64,000 nt of DNA from Pelagomonas calceolata. Taxonomy: Eukaryota. Of the stretch, positions 38,606 through 47,713 are shown one piece after another. The stretch is from the NCBI GenBank assembly GCA_918797485.1, contig CAKKNE010000004.1, positions 2,294,001-2,358,000 on the forward strand. Reading direction: 5' to 3'. The notes under the pieces are model-generated. The model ran no database searches. It was not told where the DNA came from and was given only the letters and a program-made list of their open reading frames with translations. How positions within the stretch are numbered: position 1 is the stretch's first letter; each line of letters starts with the position of its first letter. Both the position numbers and the translations under genes were made by a program.

Positions 38606-39784
38606 ATGGGCCAGGCCGCCTCCGCCGAACTACGAACGGCCCAGGCCACCATCTCCACCTTAACGAAGGACCTCGCCGCGGCGCGGTCGACGCTCGCCGC
38701 GACCGAGGCCACGGTGCAGCAGGCCAAGAGCGAAGCGGTCGTGCGCGGCGCGCAGAGTGTTGGTTCTCAATTAGTGGACGGCGTGATCGCGCGCCAGGCC
38801 CTCGAGCGCGAACTCGAGGAGGCGAAGCGCTCGGCGAGAGTACGGGCCGGCGAGCTCGAGCGGGCGCAGCTAGAGTTGAAGAAAGCGAGGGACGACATGA
38901 TCAAGAAGACGGGCGACGCTAAACTGAAAGCGCTCGAGTCGGAACCGCGCGGCGCGCGAGGTGGCGACGCCATCGACGCCGCGCAGTTGGTGAGGACCGC
39001 GTCGCAGACGTTGCTCGAGGACGAATCCGGCATGGAGGACCCCGTGTTCGGGCGGTTGCTGCTGTCTACTCCCGCACAACGCGTGTATCGGGCGGACCCG
39101 CGGACGCTCTGGGCCGGCACGAGACTGTGGGAGAAGCAGCGCGCCTTCCGGGAAGCCAGAGCGGCCGAGATCGCCGCCTACAAGAAGAAGCACCCCGAGG
39201 GGGGCTGGCCCGGCGTCGTGACCGTCGTCCAGGATGAAGGTGTAGGCGCCGTGGTGGACGGCCAGCATAGGCTGGGCGCGGCTTGGTTACTATCCAAGGA
39301 AGATTCGTTACCAGAAGCCTTGCAGGGCATTCTGGTCGACGTGCGGCCGTCCACATCCGACGACGACGCTAAAAAACTGTTCGCGGAGATTAATTTGAGC
39401 GAGCCGGTGCCGCTAGTTGATTTGCCGACCGAAGACGGCGCGTCGGAGGATTTGAGGCAGCGGTTGGATCAGGCGGCGGAGGCTTTGGCCCAGAAGTGGC
39501 CGGCCATGTTCCGGCCGTCGCGGTCGTGCCGGCCGCCCCACTTGAACATCGACCTGCTGCGGGACGAGTTGTTTAGGAGCGGTGTTGTGGTTGATGGGGA
39601 TTTGACGGCGTGGTTAATGACTCAAAACGACGCGCTGGGTGCGCGCGACGACAAATGGTGGGCCTCGTCATCAGTACGGTGCCGCGCGGCCTCCAAGTCC
39701 GCGCGGGCGAACGCGCTGGCGAAGGCCCGCGACGCGGGCTTCTACCTGGGGCTGACCTGGGACTGGCTCGCCGCGGCCGAGTGA
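38606..39784 (+). CDS. Coiled-coil + DGQHR (ParB/Srx-like) domain protein
   Basis: GVVTVV..AVVDGQHRL, LFAEIN..EPV, RPPHLNID; N-terminal MGQAAS (possible myristoylation). Confidence 0.7.
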   Translation: MGQAASAELRTAQATISTLTKDLAAARSTLAATEATVQQAKSEAVVRGAQSVGSQLVDGVIARQALERELEEAKRSARVRAGELERAQLELKKARDDMIKKTGDAKLKALESEPRGARGGDAIDAAQLVRTASQTLLEDESGMEDPVFGRLLLSTPAQRVYRADPRTLWAGTRLWEKQRAFREARAAEIAAYKKKHPEGGWPGVVTVVQDEGVGAVVDGQHRLGAAWLLSKEDSLPEALQGILVDVRPSTSDDDAKKLFAEINLSEPVPLVDLPTEDGASEDLRQRLDQAAEALAQKWPAMFRPSRSCRPPHLNIDLLRDELFRSGVVVDGDLTAWLMTQNDALGARDDKWWASSSVRCRAASKSARANALAKARDAGFYLGLTWDWLAAAE

Positions 39785-39852
39785 GTAACCTCCGATTGCT
39801 TGTGGATCTTCATGTGCACGTTTCTTACGCACGGGTCGCGTGGAAGCGTCTG

Positions 39853-39874
39853 CTAGTGTCTTACGGCGCGCTAG
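39853..39874 (-). promoter_or_regulatory. CTAG-bracketed upstream motif copy
   Basis: CTAGTGTCTTACGGCGCGCTAG. Confidence 0.7.
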
Positions 39875-40056
39875 CGCCGAGATTTCAGACGCGCTCGCGT
39901 TTTCAGCCGCTCAGCGCCTCAGCGCAACGAGCAGCGCGCAAGGCTGCTATACAACGCGTAGCGCGAGACGCCTTCGACGCGGCGGCATCGCTGCGACGGA
40001 ACCGAGCTCGACCCATCTAGAGAGCAAAACCAGGCACCAGCCCAGTAGCCCAAACG

Positions 40057-41391
40057 ATGGAGAAAGAGCCAATCGCAGTGCAAGGCATCAAGATCACGGG
40101 CCTCCGCCGCTACCCGCAGTCCTTAGTGCAGCAAGAGCTCAAAAAAGTACATCAGGCGCAGACCTTCGGCGCGCTGCTGGAAGAAATAGACGCCGCGACT
40201 CAAAATCTGAACCAGACGGACCTGTTCGATGACGTAAAAACGAGCATCGGCGGCGCCGACGCGCAGGGCGTACATGTAACGATCCACCTGAGCGAGAAGA
40301 AGCCGTACAAGCTGAAGGTCGGCGCCACCACCTCCGGCGCCGCCGACGAGGTGCGCTACGAGGCGGCGGGCACGCTGCGCGGCTTCCTACGCATGGGAGA
40401 GCTCGCGACGGCGACGGTCACGAAGTCGCCGAAGCACGGTCTGGAGCTCGCGTTCGGGCTGCGGCGGCCCGTCGCGACGCCGCTCGCAGTACTAGGCCTG
40501 GCCGAATCCATCGTATCCGTCGACGTCGAGGTGGGCGGCCGCGAGGCGCCGTGGGCGCCGGCCACCTCATCGACACCGGGCCGCCGCGTCGACGGCCGGG
40601 CCGTGCGCTGCGCGTGCGCGGCGCGCGACGGCAGCCGGCGGCTGGTGGTGGAGGTCGCGCGGCGTGTTGGTGTGGATGATGACGCCTTCTCCGAGTCGAC
40701 GAAGTGCGCCCTCTCCTATGCTCTCAGAGCGGACGGCCGCGACGCCGCGGCGGCGCCGACGGACGGCGCCTGCGCTGACGCCAGCGTGGAGGTCGCGGGC
40801 TTGGGCGACGCGGGCGACGCGCGCTTCGTCAAGGCGGAGGGCGCCCTCCAGAACCACATCCGTGTGACAAAACTACAAAACGGCTTCGTGGCCTTGGGCG
40901 GCGTCGCGCGCGTCGGCGCGGCCCTGCCGCTGTTCGGGAATGGTGTGTTGGACCTCGCCATGCCGGACCGGTTTTACCTGGGCGGGCCGCTGCGATTGCG
41001 GGCCTTCGAGCGCTGCGGCGTCGGCGCGCGGTCGCCGCGGGCGCGCGGCGCCCCGTTGCTCGCGGGCGACGCGACGGCGTTACCGGCCGTCGGCGGCGCG
41101 CTGCTCTGGGCGGCGTCGCTCATATTAAGCGCGCCGGTCCCGGGCGACCTCGGGAGGCACGGCCTGCGAGCTTTAGCGTTCCTCGACGCGGGCGGGCTCC
41201 TCGCGCCCGGCGCGCGCGCTTCACTCACATCGCTGATGGCCGAGACGCGGCTCTCCTGCGGATTGGGCCTAGCCCTCGCGCCGGCGGCGTTCGCGCGCCT
41301 CGAGCTGAACTACGGCTGGGTGCTCCGCGCGCGGCCGGGCGACGTCGCCAAGGGGCTCCAGTTCGGCGTGTCGGCGGCGTTCGGGAGCTGA
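40057..41391 (+). CDS. SAMM50: Omp85-family mitochondrial sorting and assembly machinery subunit Sam50
   Basis: POTRA (IKITGLRR..LFDDV), DRFYLGGPLRLRAF, ARLELNY, terminal LQFGVSAAF. Confidence 0.85.
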   Translation: MEKEPIAVQGIKITGLRRYPQSLVQQELKKVHQAQTFGALLEEIDAATQNLNQTDLFDDVKTSIGGADAQGVHVTIHLSEKKPYKLKVGATTSGAADEVRYEAAGTLRGFLRMGELATATVTKSPKHGLELAFGLRRPVATPLAVLGLAESIVSVDVEVGGREAPWAPATSSTPGRRVDGRAVRCACAARDGSRRLVVEVARRVGVDDDAFSESTKCALSYALRADGRDAAAAPTDGACADASVEVAGLGDAGDARFVKAEGALQNHIRVTKLQNGFVALGGVARVGAALPLFGNGVLDLAMPDRFYLGGPLRLRAFERCGVGARSPRARGAPLLAGDATALPAVGGALLWAASLILSAPVPGDLGRHGLRALAFLDAGGLLAPGARASLTSLMAETRLSCGLGLALAPAAFARLELNYGWVLRARPGDVAKGLQFGVSAAFGS

Positions 41392-41410
41392 GTACTTATA
41401 AGTTGTATTA

Positions 41411-42460
41411 TTAGCCGAACCGGAGGTGCTGGGCGAGGACGCTGCGGATGTCCTCGAGGTCTAGCTCTTCGGAGGAAATGAGATACTGCTCATGGTCGCG
41501 CGTATTCGTCGGTTCTTGCCGGAAAAGGTCGCCAGAGAACGACATGAAGATGGAACGAATCTCGACCTGCCCTTTCGTAACGACCACGGTGGGCGGCTTT
41601 CCGGTGCCCGCGCCGTAGAGAGTGGGTACCCTGTCATTGCCCGGGCTGTCGGCGTCGGTCCCAACAAATACAGCGGTAGAGATTTCAAAATAGTTGTCTC
41701 GTTTACGAGTATCACGCCAGCCGATACCTGCACCACTGCCCCGTACGTACGGCGTAAAGCTGTTGAAAAGTTCGCAGTTCATAGGGAGCATTCCGCGTAG
41801 CGAGGGATACTGAGGAAAGCACTTGAAGTATCCCTCACCTATCGGCGCGCCCCCAGAGAGTGTTCCAAAGGTAGAGTCCCTACCGAGAATGGCCACGCGT
41901 CCGTCGCTCTTGCGGATCACGTAGTACGTGACCCCGAGCCGTGAGGCTTCCGGCGGAAACATATCGTCGTCGGAGCAATCGACCGCACAACGCAGGCCCT
42001 CGATGAGTATGCCGTCCTGCTCGTGATACTCAGTCACGCCGCTGCGGAACACGTCCCGCGCCTCGCGCGCCACCGAGCAGATGGAGCGGCCCTTCTGGCG
42101 GATCTCGACGTGCACAAGGTGGTCGTCGAGGTCCAGCAGCGGCCGCGGCGAATAGCAATCGAGGTACTTGTGGATAAAGTAGTCCCGCGGATGGCGCATC
42201 ATCACCGCCTTCCGGAGCGCCTCCGACGACGCGACGGCCGGCCACTGCTGCTCGCAGAGCATGAGCCAAAGCTCCCGCGAGCACGCCCTCACCTTAGAAT
42301 TGAGGCTGCATTCCCCGACTAGCTCGACCTCTCTCAGCGCAAGGTAGCTCATTGCTCGGGCACAGCAGCTGTCGGGCAGCGCCTGCAAGGTGCCGCTGCT
42401 CCCTTTACTTGTGTACCTTAGCTTGCCTCTATGCATTACCATCGTCGCTTCACTCTGCAT
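41411..42460 (-). CDS. F-box-like protein
   Basis: LQALPD..AMSYL...ELWLMLCEQQWP; remainder unrecognised. Confidence 0.55.
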   Translation of the reverse strand: MQSEATMVMHRGKLRYTSKGSSGTLQALPDSCCARAMSYLALREVELVGECSLNSKVRACSRELWLMLCEQQWPAVASSEALRKAVMMRHPRDYFIHKYLDCYSPRPLLDLDDHLVHVEIRQKGRSICSVAREARDVFRSGVTEYHEQDGILIEGLRCAVDCSDDDMFPPEASRLGVTYYVIRKSDGRVAILGRDSTFGTLSGGAPIGEGYFKCFPQYPSLRGMLPMNCELFNSFTPYVRGSGAGIGWRDTRKRDNYFEISTAVFVGTDADSPGNDRVPTLYGAGTGKPPTVVVTKGQVEIRSIFMSFSGDLFRQEPTNTRDHEQYLISSEELDLEDIRSVLAQHLRFG

Positions 42461-42679
42461 TTTGATGCTGTCCCCGCCGCGAATGGACGAACCAAATTTT
42501 GAGGCTGCGCAATGGACAGAGTCCCTTTTGAGGCAAGCGCAATGGACCGGGACTCAATTTTGATGCTGCCCCACTCAAACCGACTGGGCGCGAGAGCGAC
42601 GCCCCGCACCCGAGGTTCACGGGACGCGTATGCGTGGGTCCAAGAGGGCAGCTTTCTGAAGAGCACTACTCATCGAAAC

Positions 42680-42713
42680 CTAGCGGCATGTAGACACTAG
42701 GGATGCCTAGCAA
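42680..42713 (+). promoter_or_regulatory. CTAG-bracketed motif with extra GGATGC-CTAG module
   Basis: CTAGCGGCATGTAGACACTAG GGATGC CTAG CAA. Confidence 0.7.
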
Positions 42714-42890
42714 GCGAGCCTGTCGACAAAATCGATCGACGTCGCGAGCGCTGCACACTTGCACCAGTCGAATTGCTAGTGCAATCCATACGCCGTCGAG
42801 CTACAACACAGCTCGTTGCACGAAGCGTGTCGTGCGTACAAGCAGGTAACTCCTTGCAGAGGCAGCAAGCCACACCTCATACCATACAAG

Positions 42891-44111
42891 ATGCCGCCCA
42901 AAGCAAAGGGTAAAGGCGAGGTCAACGAGGCCGGCCAGGCCGGCGCCTCGAAGTGGGGCCGCGTGAAGACCAATTTAAAGATGGGCGTCGTGGGCCTGCC
43001 CAACGTCGGCAAGTCGTCTTTATTTAACTTACTGACGGAGCAGGGCGCGGCCGCCGAGAACTTCCCGTTCTGCACCATCGACCCGAACGAGGCGCAGTGC
43101 GGCGTGCCTGATCAGCGCTTCAAGTGGCTCTGTGATCTCTACAAGCCTCCTTCGAAGGTCCCGGCCAAGTTACTGGTGACTGATATTGCTGGGCTCATAA
43201 AGGGCGCTTCAGAAGGTGCTGGATTGGGCAATGCGTTCTTGTCACACATCCAGGCCGTCGACGGCATCTACCATTGCGTTCGCGCGTTCGAGTCTGACGA
43301 AGTGATTCACGTCGACGATAGCGTGGATCCCGTGCGCGATCTCGAGACTATCCAGTCGGAGTTGTGCAAGAAGGACTTGGCCTACGTCAAGAAACAAATC
43401 ACAGCGCATGAAACGGCAAAGCAAGGCCAGAAGGCTCCCAAACTATCAGAAAGTTATATCTCAGCGAGGGATAAAATAGTAGCTCACTTGGAAGAGGACA
43501 AGCCGGCGTTCATGGCGGGGTTCACGGATAGCGAGATCGCCGACTTCAAGGTCTGCGCTCCGGCCTTGATAACGACGAAACCCATCATCTACTTAGTAAA
43601 CCTCTCGAAGAAAAACTTCATCGCCAAAAAATCGAAATGGTTACCTAGAATTGCGGACTGGGTCACCAGTCATGGTGGCGGCACGGTCATTCCCTTTTCG
43701 GTGGAATACGAGGAGGAGGTGTTTGGCGCCTTCCAGGCGGGCGGTGCCGCGGCGAAGCAGGAAGTCATTGCCGCGCACCAGGGCACGAAGTCCGTCCTAC
43801 CTCGGATCATCAAGTGCGGCTACAAGGAACTGAATTTGATCTACTTCTTCACGGCGGGCGAGAAGGAAGTGCGGGCCTGGAACATCTACAACGGCTCATT
43901 AGCACCGCAGGCCGCGGGCGCCATCCATTCGGACTTCGAGCGCGGCTTCATCAAGGCCGAGCTCTGCGCCTACGACGACTTCAAGGAGCACTGCGGCGGC
44001 AAGGCGTCCATGGCCAATTTGAAATCTCTGGGCAAGTACCGCCAGGAGGGCAAGAACTACGTCGTGAAAGATGGCGACATCATCGAGTTCAAATTTAACG
44101 TTAGCAAATAA
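42891..44111 (+). CDS. OLA1: Obg-like ATPase 1 (YchF/OLA1)
   Basis: GVVGLPNVGKSS, AENFPFCTIDPN, DIAGL..GAGLGNAFL, APQAAGAIHSDFERGFI, EGKNYVVKDGDII. Confidence 0.97.
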   Translation: MPPKAKGKGEVNEAGQAGASKWGRVKTNLKMGVVGLPNVGKSSLFNLLTEQGAAAENFPFCTIDPNEAQCGVPDQRFKWLCDLYKPPSKVPAKLLVTDIAGLIKGASEGAGLGNAFLSHIQAVDGIYHCVRAFESDEVIHVDDSVDPVRDLETIQSELCKKDLAYVKKQITAHETAKQGQKAPKLSESYISARDKIVAHLEEDKPAFMAGFTDSEIADFKVCAPALITTKPIIYLVNLSKKNFIAKKSKWLPRIADWVTSHGGGTVIPFSVEYEEEVFGAFQAGGAAAKQEVIAAHQGTKSVLPRIIKCGYKELNLIYFFTAGEKEVRAWNIYNGSLAPQAAGAIHSDFERGFIKAELCAYDDFKEHCGGKASMANLKSLGKYRQEGKNYVVKDGDIIEFKFNVSK

Positions 44112-44145
44112 CCTAGTTCTTATGGGGGGGGCGCGGCTCTAGGGC

Positions 44146-44342
44146 CGCGGCGACGGCGTCTAGGCGGCGAACGCGGGCGAACGCCGGCCGGCGCATCGCG
44201 GCGATGGCATCTAGGCGGCGAACGCCGGCGCATCGCGGCGATGGCATCTAGGCGGCGAACGCCGGCGCATCGCGGCGATGGCGTTAGGCGGCGAACGCCG
44301 GCGCATGGCACCGATGGCGTCTACGCGTGAAACGCCGGCGCG
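44146..44342. repeat. 37-bp minisatellite (about 5 copies) between convergent genes
   Basis: Unit CTAGGCGGCGAACGCCGGCGCATCGCGGCGATGGCAT at 44211 and 44248; variants at about 44160, 44284 and 44321. Confidence 0.9.
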
Positions 44343-45526
44343 AGCCGCCCCTCGAGCTCGTCCAGGTCCGGGGCGGGCTCGAGGACGAGGTGCCCCAGCG
44401 CCGCCGGCGCTGCTTCAGGCGACGCGTCGTGCGCGCCGAGCACCAACTCGCCGCGCGCCCAGGCCTCCATGCCCCAGGTCGCCGCGTCGCCCGTCGCCGA
44501 TTTTCCACTCTTCGCGTCCCGCACGACGAGCAATTGCCCCGCGCCCCGCGCCGTCCGCGTCGCCACGACGCCGAGGGGGAGCTGCCGTCTCCCTTTGAGT
44601 GACCCAAACGCGAAGGGCCAGCGGCTCCGCGCGACGGGGCGATACGTGCACGGTACGACTCGGCGGAGGACGCCGGGTTCTAACAGAGGCAGCGGCAGCG
44701 AGAAGCGCCAGCCCGCGGGAGACGGGGGAAAGAGCGGCAGCGCGGCCGCGGCCATTGGTATCTGCTCGTCCAGCTCGAGGGTATCGTGGTGGAGCATATC
44801 CTCGGAAGGAGACGCCTCGACCGGGCAGACTCGTGGAGGCGCCCCTATTTCAATGAGGACGAGGCCGCCAGGGCCCCGCGCTTGCTCAAGCCCGCGGGGC
44901 ACGCCGACGGCGTGGCATTGATAAATGCGCATCCGGCACCGCGGGAGCTTGCTGAATAGGACCGCCGTGGCGCGCGCGGCGCGTTGCAACACCGGATGGC
45001 TCGGGTGCGCCGCGGCGAGCCGTTGCGTCGCCTTTTGTAGTACCGCACAATCAATAAGCACCACGTCGCCGTCCTTGAAGGGCAACCGCGCGAAGCGCTT
45101 CGCGGCGGCGGCAGTCGCCTGGAAAGCGCAGGGCGCCAAATGGACGCCGTTGACGAGCGGGTGCACGCGGGCGTCCCTTAGTAAATGCGTCTCGTCCACG
45201 AACCGCCGCCGCTCGCGGGCCAGTATAGGAGAGACGAAGCCGCGCCAGCTCCGGCAGACGCGCGCGCAGTCCCTCAGGCAGCTCTCGCGCACCTCCGTCG
45301 CCGCGTCTTGCAGCGTGCTGCGGCGCGGGTCCGCGGAGTAGGCGAAGCTGTGCCAGCCGAGGACGTGCGTCCTCAAGCAATCGGTGAGCCGCGCGTCCTG
45401 CGACATGGCTGGCGCCGTGGCGGGCCGCTGCGGCGCCGGCGCGCTGCCCGCGGGCGTGGCGGTAGGCCGCTGCGGCGGCCGCGGGCTGCCCGATGCAGCC
45501 CTCGCGTCGCACGCCGCTGGTTTCAT
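44321..45526 (-). CDS. Hypothetical protein (weak F-box-like segment)
   Basis: 401-aa ATG-initiated ORF; LRDCARVCRSWRGFV. Confidence 0.55.
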   Translation of the reverse strand: MKPAACDARAASGSPRPPQRPTATPAGSAPAPQRPATAPAMSQDARLTDCLRTHVLGWHSFAYSADPRRSTLQDAATEVRESCLRDCARVCRSWRGFVSPILARERRRFVDETHLLRDARVHPLVNGVHLAPCAFQATAAAAKRFARLPFKDGDVVLIDCAVLQKATQRLAAAHPSHPVLQRAARATAVLFSKLPRCRMRIYQCHAVGVPRGLEQARGPGGLVLIEIGAPPRVCPVEASPSEDMLHHDTLELDEQIPMAAAALPLFPPSPAGWRFSLPLPLLEPGVLRRVVPCTYRPVARSRWPFAFGSLKGRRQLPLGVVATRTARGAGQLLVVRDAKSGKSATGDAATWGMEAWARGELVLGAHDASPEAAPAALGHLVLEPAPDLDELEGRLAPAFHA

Positions 45527-45779
45527 AGAACCAACGAGTCGGCGTGTGAGTTCCAGACGCGAGTTTCCAGGCTAGTGGGCTCGCTGCCAGCGAAGAGTGG
45601 GGGAGGAGCGCAGCGCGTCCTAGTTCGTCGCCGGCTGCGTGGGCTGGTACTTTTGCGAGTTTCGACCACGCCTCCCAAGCCTCCCAAGCCACGCGCTAAT
45701 TTCTCGGAGGAGCCGATCGTTCGAACGGCCGGCGGCCGCGGTGGAAGAATTCTCTAATTATGGTCAAGTTAAAGGGCCG

Positions 45780-47159
45780 TCAGACGCTCCGCCGCCGCAG
45801 CGCCGCGGCCCGCCGCCGGAACTGGGGCCGCGCCGGCGAGCCGGGCGGCAGCGACCGCCGCCGCGCCGTCTCGCGCGAGACCGCGTCCGCATCCAACAAA
45901 GGGTCCCCGTTGACGTCGACGAGGAGCGGCGCGTCCTCGTCGATCGGTAGTAACCGCTGGTTGCCGAGGGCGTTCGACGGAAATTGAGAGAACAAGGGAA
46001 AGACCTTGACCGGCGCGTTCACCTTAAACGTCGCCGCGAGCTGGGGCGGCGGCGCCGCGAAGGGGTCGTCGTCACCGGACGTCATGTCGTCGAGCGCGTC
46101 GTCGGCCTTGTTGAGGGGCGGACTCGCGACGCGGTCGTCATCGTCGTCCGAGTCGTCGGGCGCCGCCTGCTCCTCCATAAAATCATAACGCCAGCTCCAG
46201 TCGGTGTTGTTCGAGGGCGTCTCGCCGCGGAAGGTCAGCTCGGCCTCATCTTCCTCAGTGGAGGCGCAGTCATCGTCCTCGAGCCGCACGGTATCCTCAC
46301 AATCCTCCTCCAAATACTCGAGGAGCTTCGTGCGCGTCACGCAGCGCATCATCGCCGGCTCGAAGAGCGCGTCAACCTCGGGCGACGCCTCCTTGGCGGA
46401 CGCAGATAACACTGAAGGCGACGTCTGCGGCGAGACGACGGTCGGGCTTCTTGGAGTGGGCATGGGCGACGGGTCCAGGATGGTCAGTTCCTCGGGACTC
46501 GACCCGGTCTGGGGCGTGTCGTTGATGATCGGCGTGGCGTCGTTGATCAGCGGCAGCTGGTGGGGCGTCGCGGCGGGCGCGACGGCCGCCGTGCGCCTTA
46601 GTGTGCGCTTGAGGCGCTCGTCCGAGCCCGGCGTGAGTGATGTTAATACCAAGGCGCCGTCGTGCCTCCCGGAATTCGAGTAGGGCGCGGACCGCGGCGC
46701 CCTCCTGGACCGCCGGTTCGGCGTGCCCTCGAATTCGGGCGAGGGCGTCACGGTCTGTGGATCAAGCTTCTTCCCGATGTCGGGCGACGCGAAATCCCAC
46801 GCGTTCGACCGGCGGTTGAGCTTCCTCGCTTTCCGTCTCGCTCTTCTCTTCTGCGCCGGCGACGGCTGCTTCAGCTCGACGTGCTGCGCTTCCAAGGTCG
46901 ACTCCGGCGAGATCGTCGCTATTCGTACGCGCCGCCTCCTCAAATTCGGCGGCGCCGCGCCCGTGTCGGGCCTTTTCATGGGTTTGTGCTTCGGCTTCGG
47001 CGGCCGCTTCTTCCTCTCTGATGACCACTTCTGAGTAGTATTCGTGCGGTCGCGCAGGGGCTCGCGCTTCTGCGACGAGGGCAGCCGCGGCAGCGCCTCC
47101 GCACCAAACAGCGTCCGCCGCGGGCCCAGGTCCCGCAGCGCGTCGATGGGCTGGGCCAT
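45780..47159 (-). CDS. Hypothetical low-complexity (basic N-terminal, acidic C-terminal) protein
   Basis: Long ORF with coding-like codon usage; REPLRDRTN resembles a D-box. Confidence 0.6.
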   Translation of the reverse strand: MAQPIDALRDLGPRRTLFGAEALPRLPSSQKREPLRDRTNTTQKWSSERKKRPPKPKHKPMKRPDTGAAPPNLRRRRVRIATISPESTLEAQHVELKQPSPAQKRRARRKARKLNRRSNAWDFASPDIGKKLDPQTVTPSPEFEGTPNRRSRRAPRSAPYSNSGRHDGALVLTSLTPGSDERLKRTLRRTAAVAPAATPHQLPLINDATPIINDTPQTGSSPEELTILDPSPMPTPRSPTVVSPQTSPSVLSASAKEASPEVDALFEPAMMRCVTRTKLLEYLEEDCEDTVRLEDDDCASTEEDEAELTFRGETPSNNTDWSWRYDFMEEQAAPDDSDDDDDRVASPPLNKADDALDDMTSGDDDPFAAPPPQLAATFKVNAPVKVFPLFSQFPSNALGNQRLLPIDEDAPLLVDVNGDPLLDADAVSRETARRRSLPPGSPARPQFRRRAAALRRRSV

Positions 47160-47523
47160 CCGACTCCGCGTCGCCCGGGGCAACGGGCCGCGCAGCTGGT
47201 GCGCCAGGGCCGCGCCGTCGAGGCCGGCGTCTCGGCGCACTGCCGCACTCGTCTTGACGCTGCGGCTGGCGGCACGCCGGCCGCGGAGGCTGCCCCTGGG
47301 GTGCTCGTGGGCGGCTCCACCAGCTGTGGGTTGGCCTCGTGCACGGTGTGATGTTCACTGGTCGCAAATGTCCAGCAAGACCAGTCCACCAAGACCTAAC
47401 CGGTTTCACTGCACCATGGGCGCGGCGGATCCGGATCTCTCCAGGGCCTCTCGCAGCCCGCTGGGCGTGTATCCTCATCCTCCGTACCCGTCCCGGAGGT
47501 CTTCGTAGGAAATAAAATGCTTG

Positions 47524-47546
47524 CTAGTATCTTTACAGGCCGCTAG
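47524..47546 (-). promoter_or_regulatory. CTAG-bracketed upstream motif copy
   Basis: CTAGTATCTTTACAGGCCGCTAG, between divergent genes. Confidence 0.65.
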
Positions 47547-47713
47547 CTGCGTTTTGTGCGCGTAGGCGTAGTGAGTGCAACCCCCCCGTAGGCGGCCTCT
47601 CGGCACAATTACGACACTGCACGCAGTTGGTCAACCGCTGCTGCGCGAGGAGATCGCTGGCGTTTGTGCCACACAGCGCAGCAGCTCTGCGGCAGCTCGC
47701 ACTGCTGCCCAGG

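Noticed and set aside
38606..39784. DGQHR protein as part of a Dnd phosphorothioation operon
   Set aside because: No dndA/C/D/E-like neighbours; the flanking genes are eukaryotic housekeeping genes.
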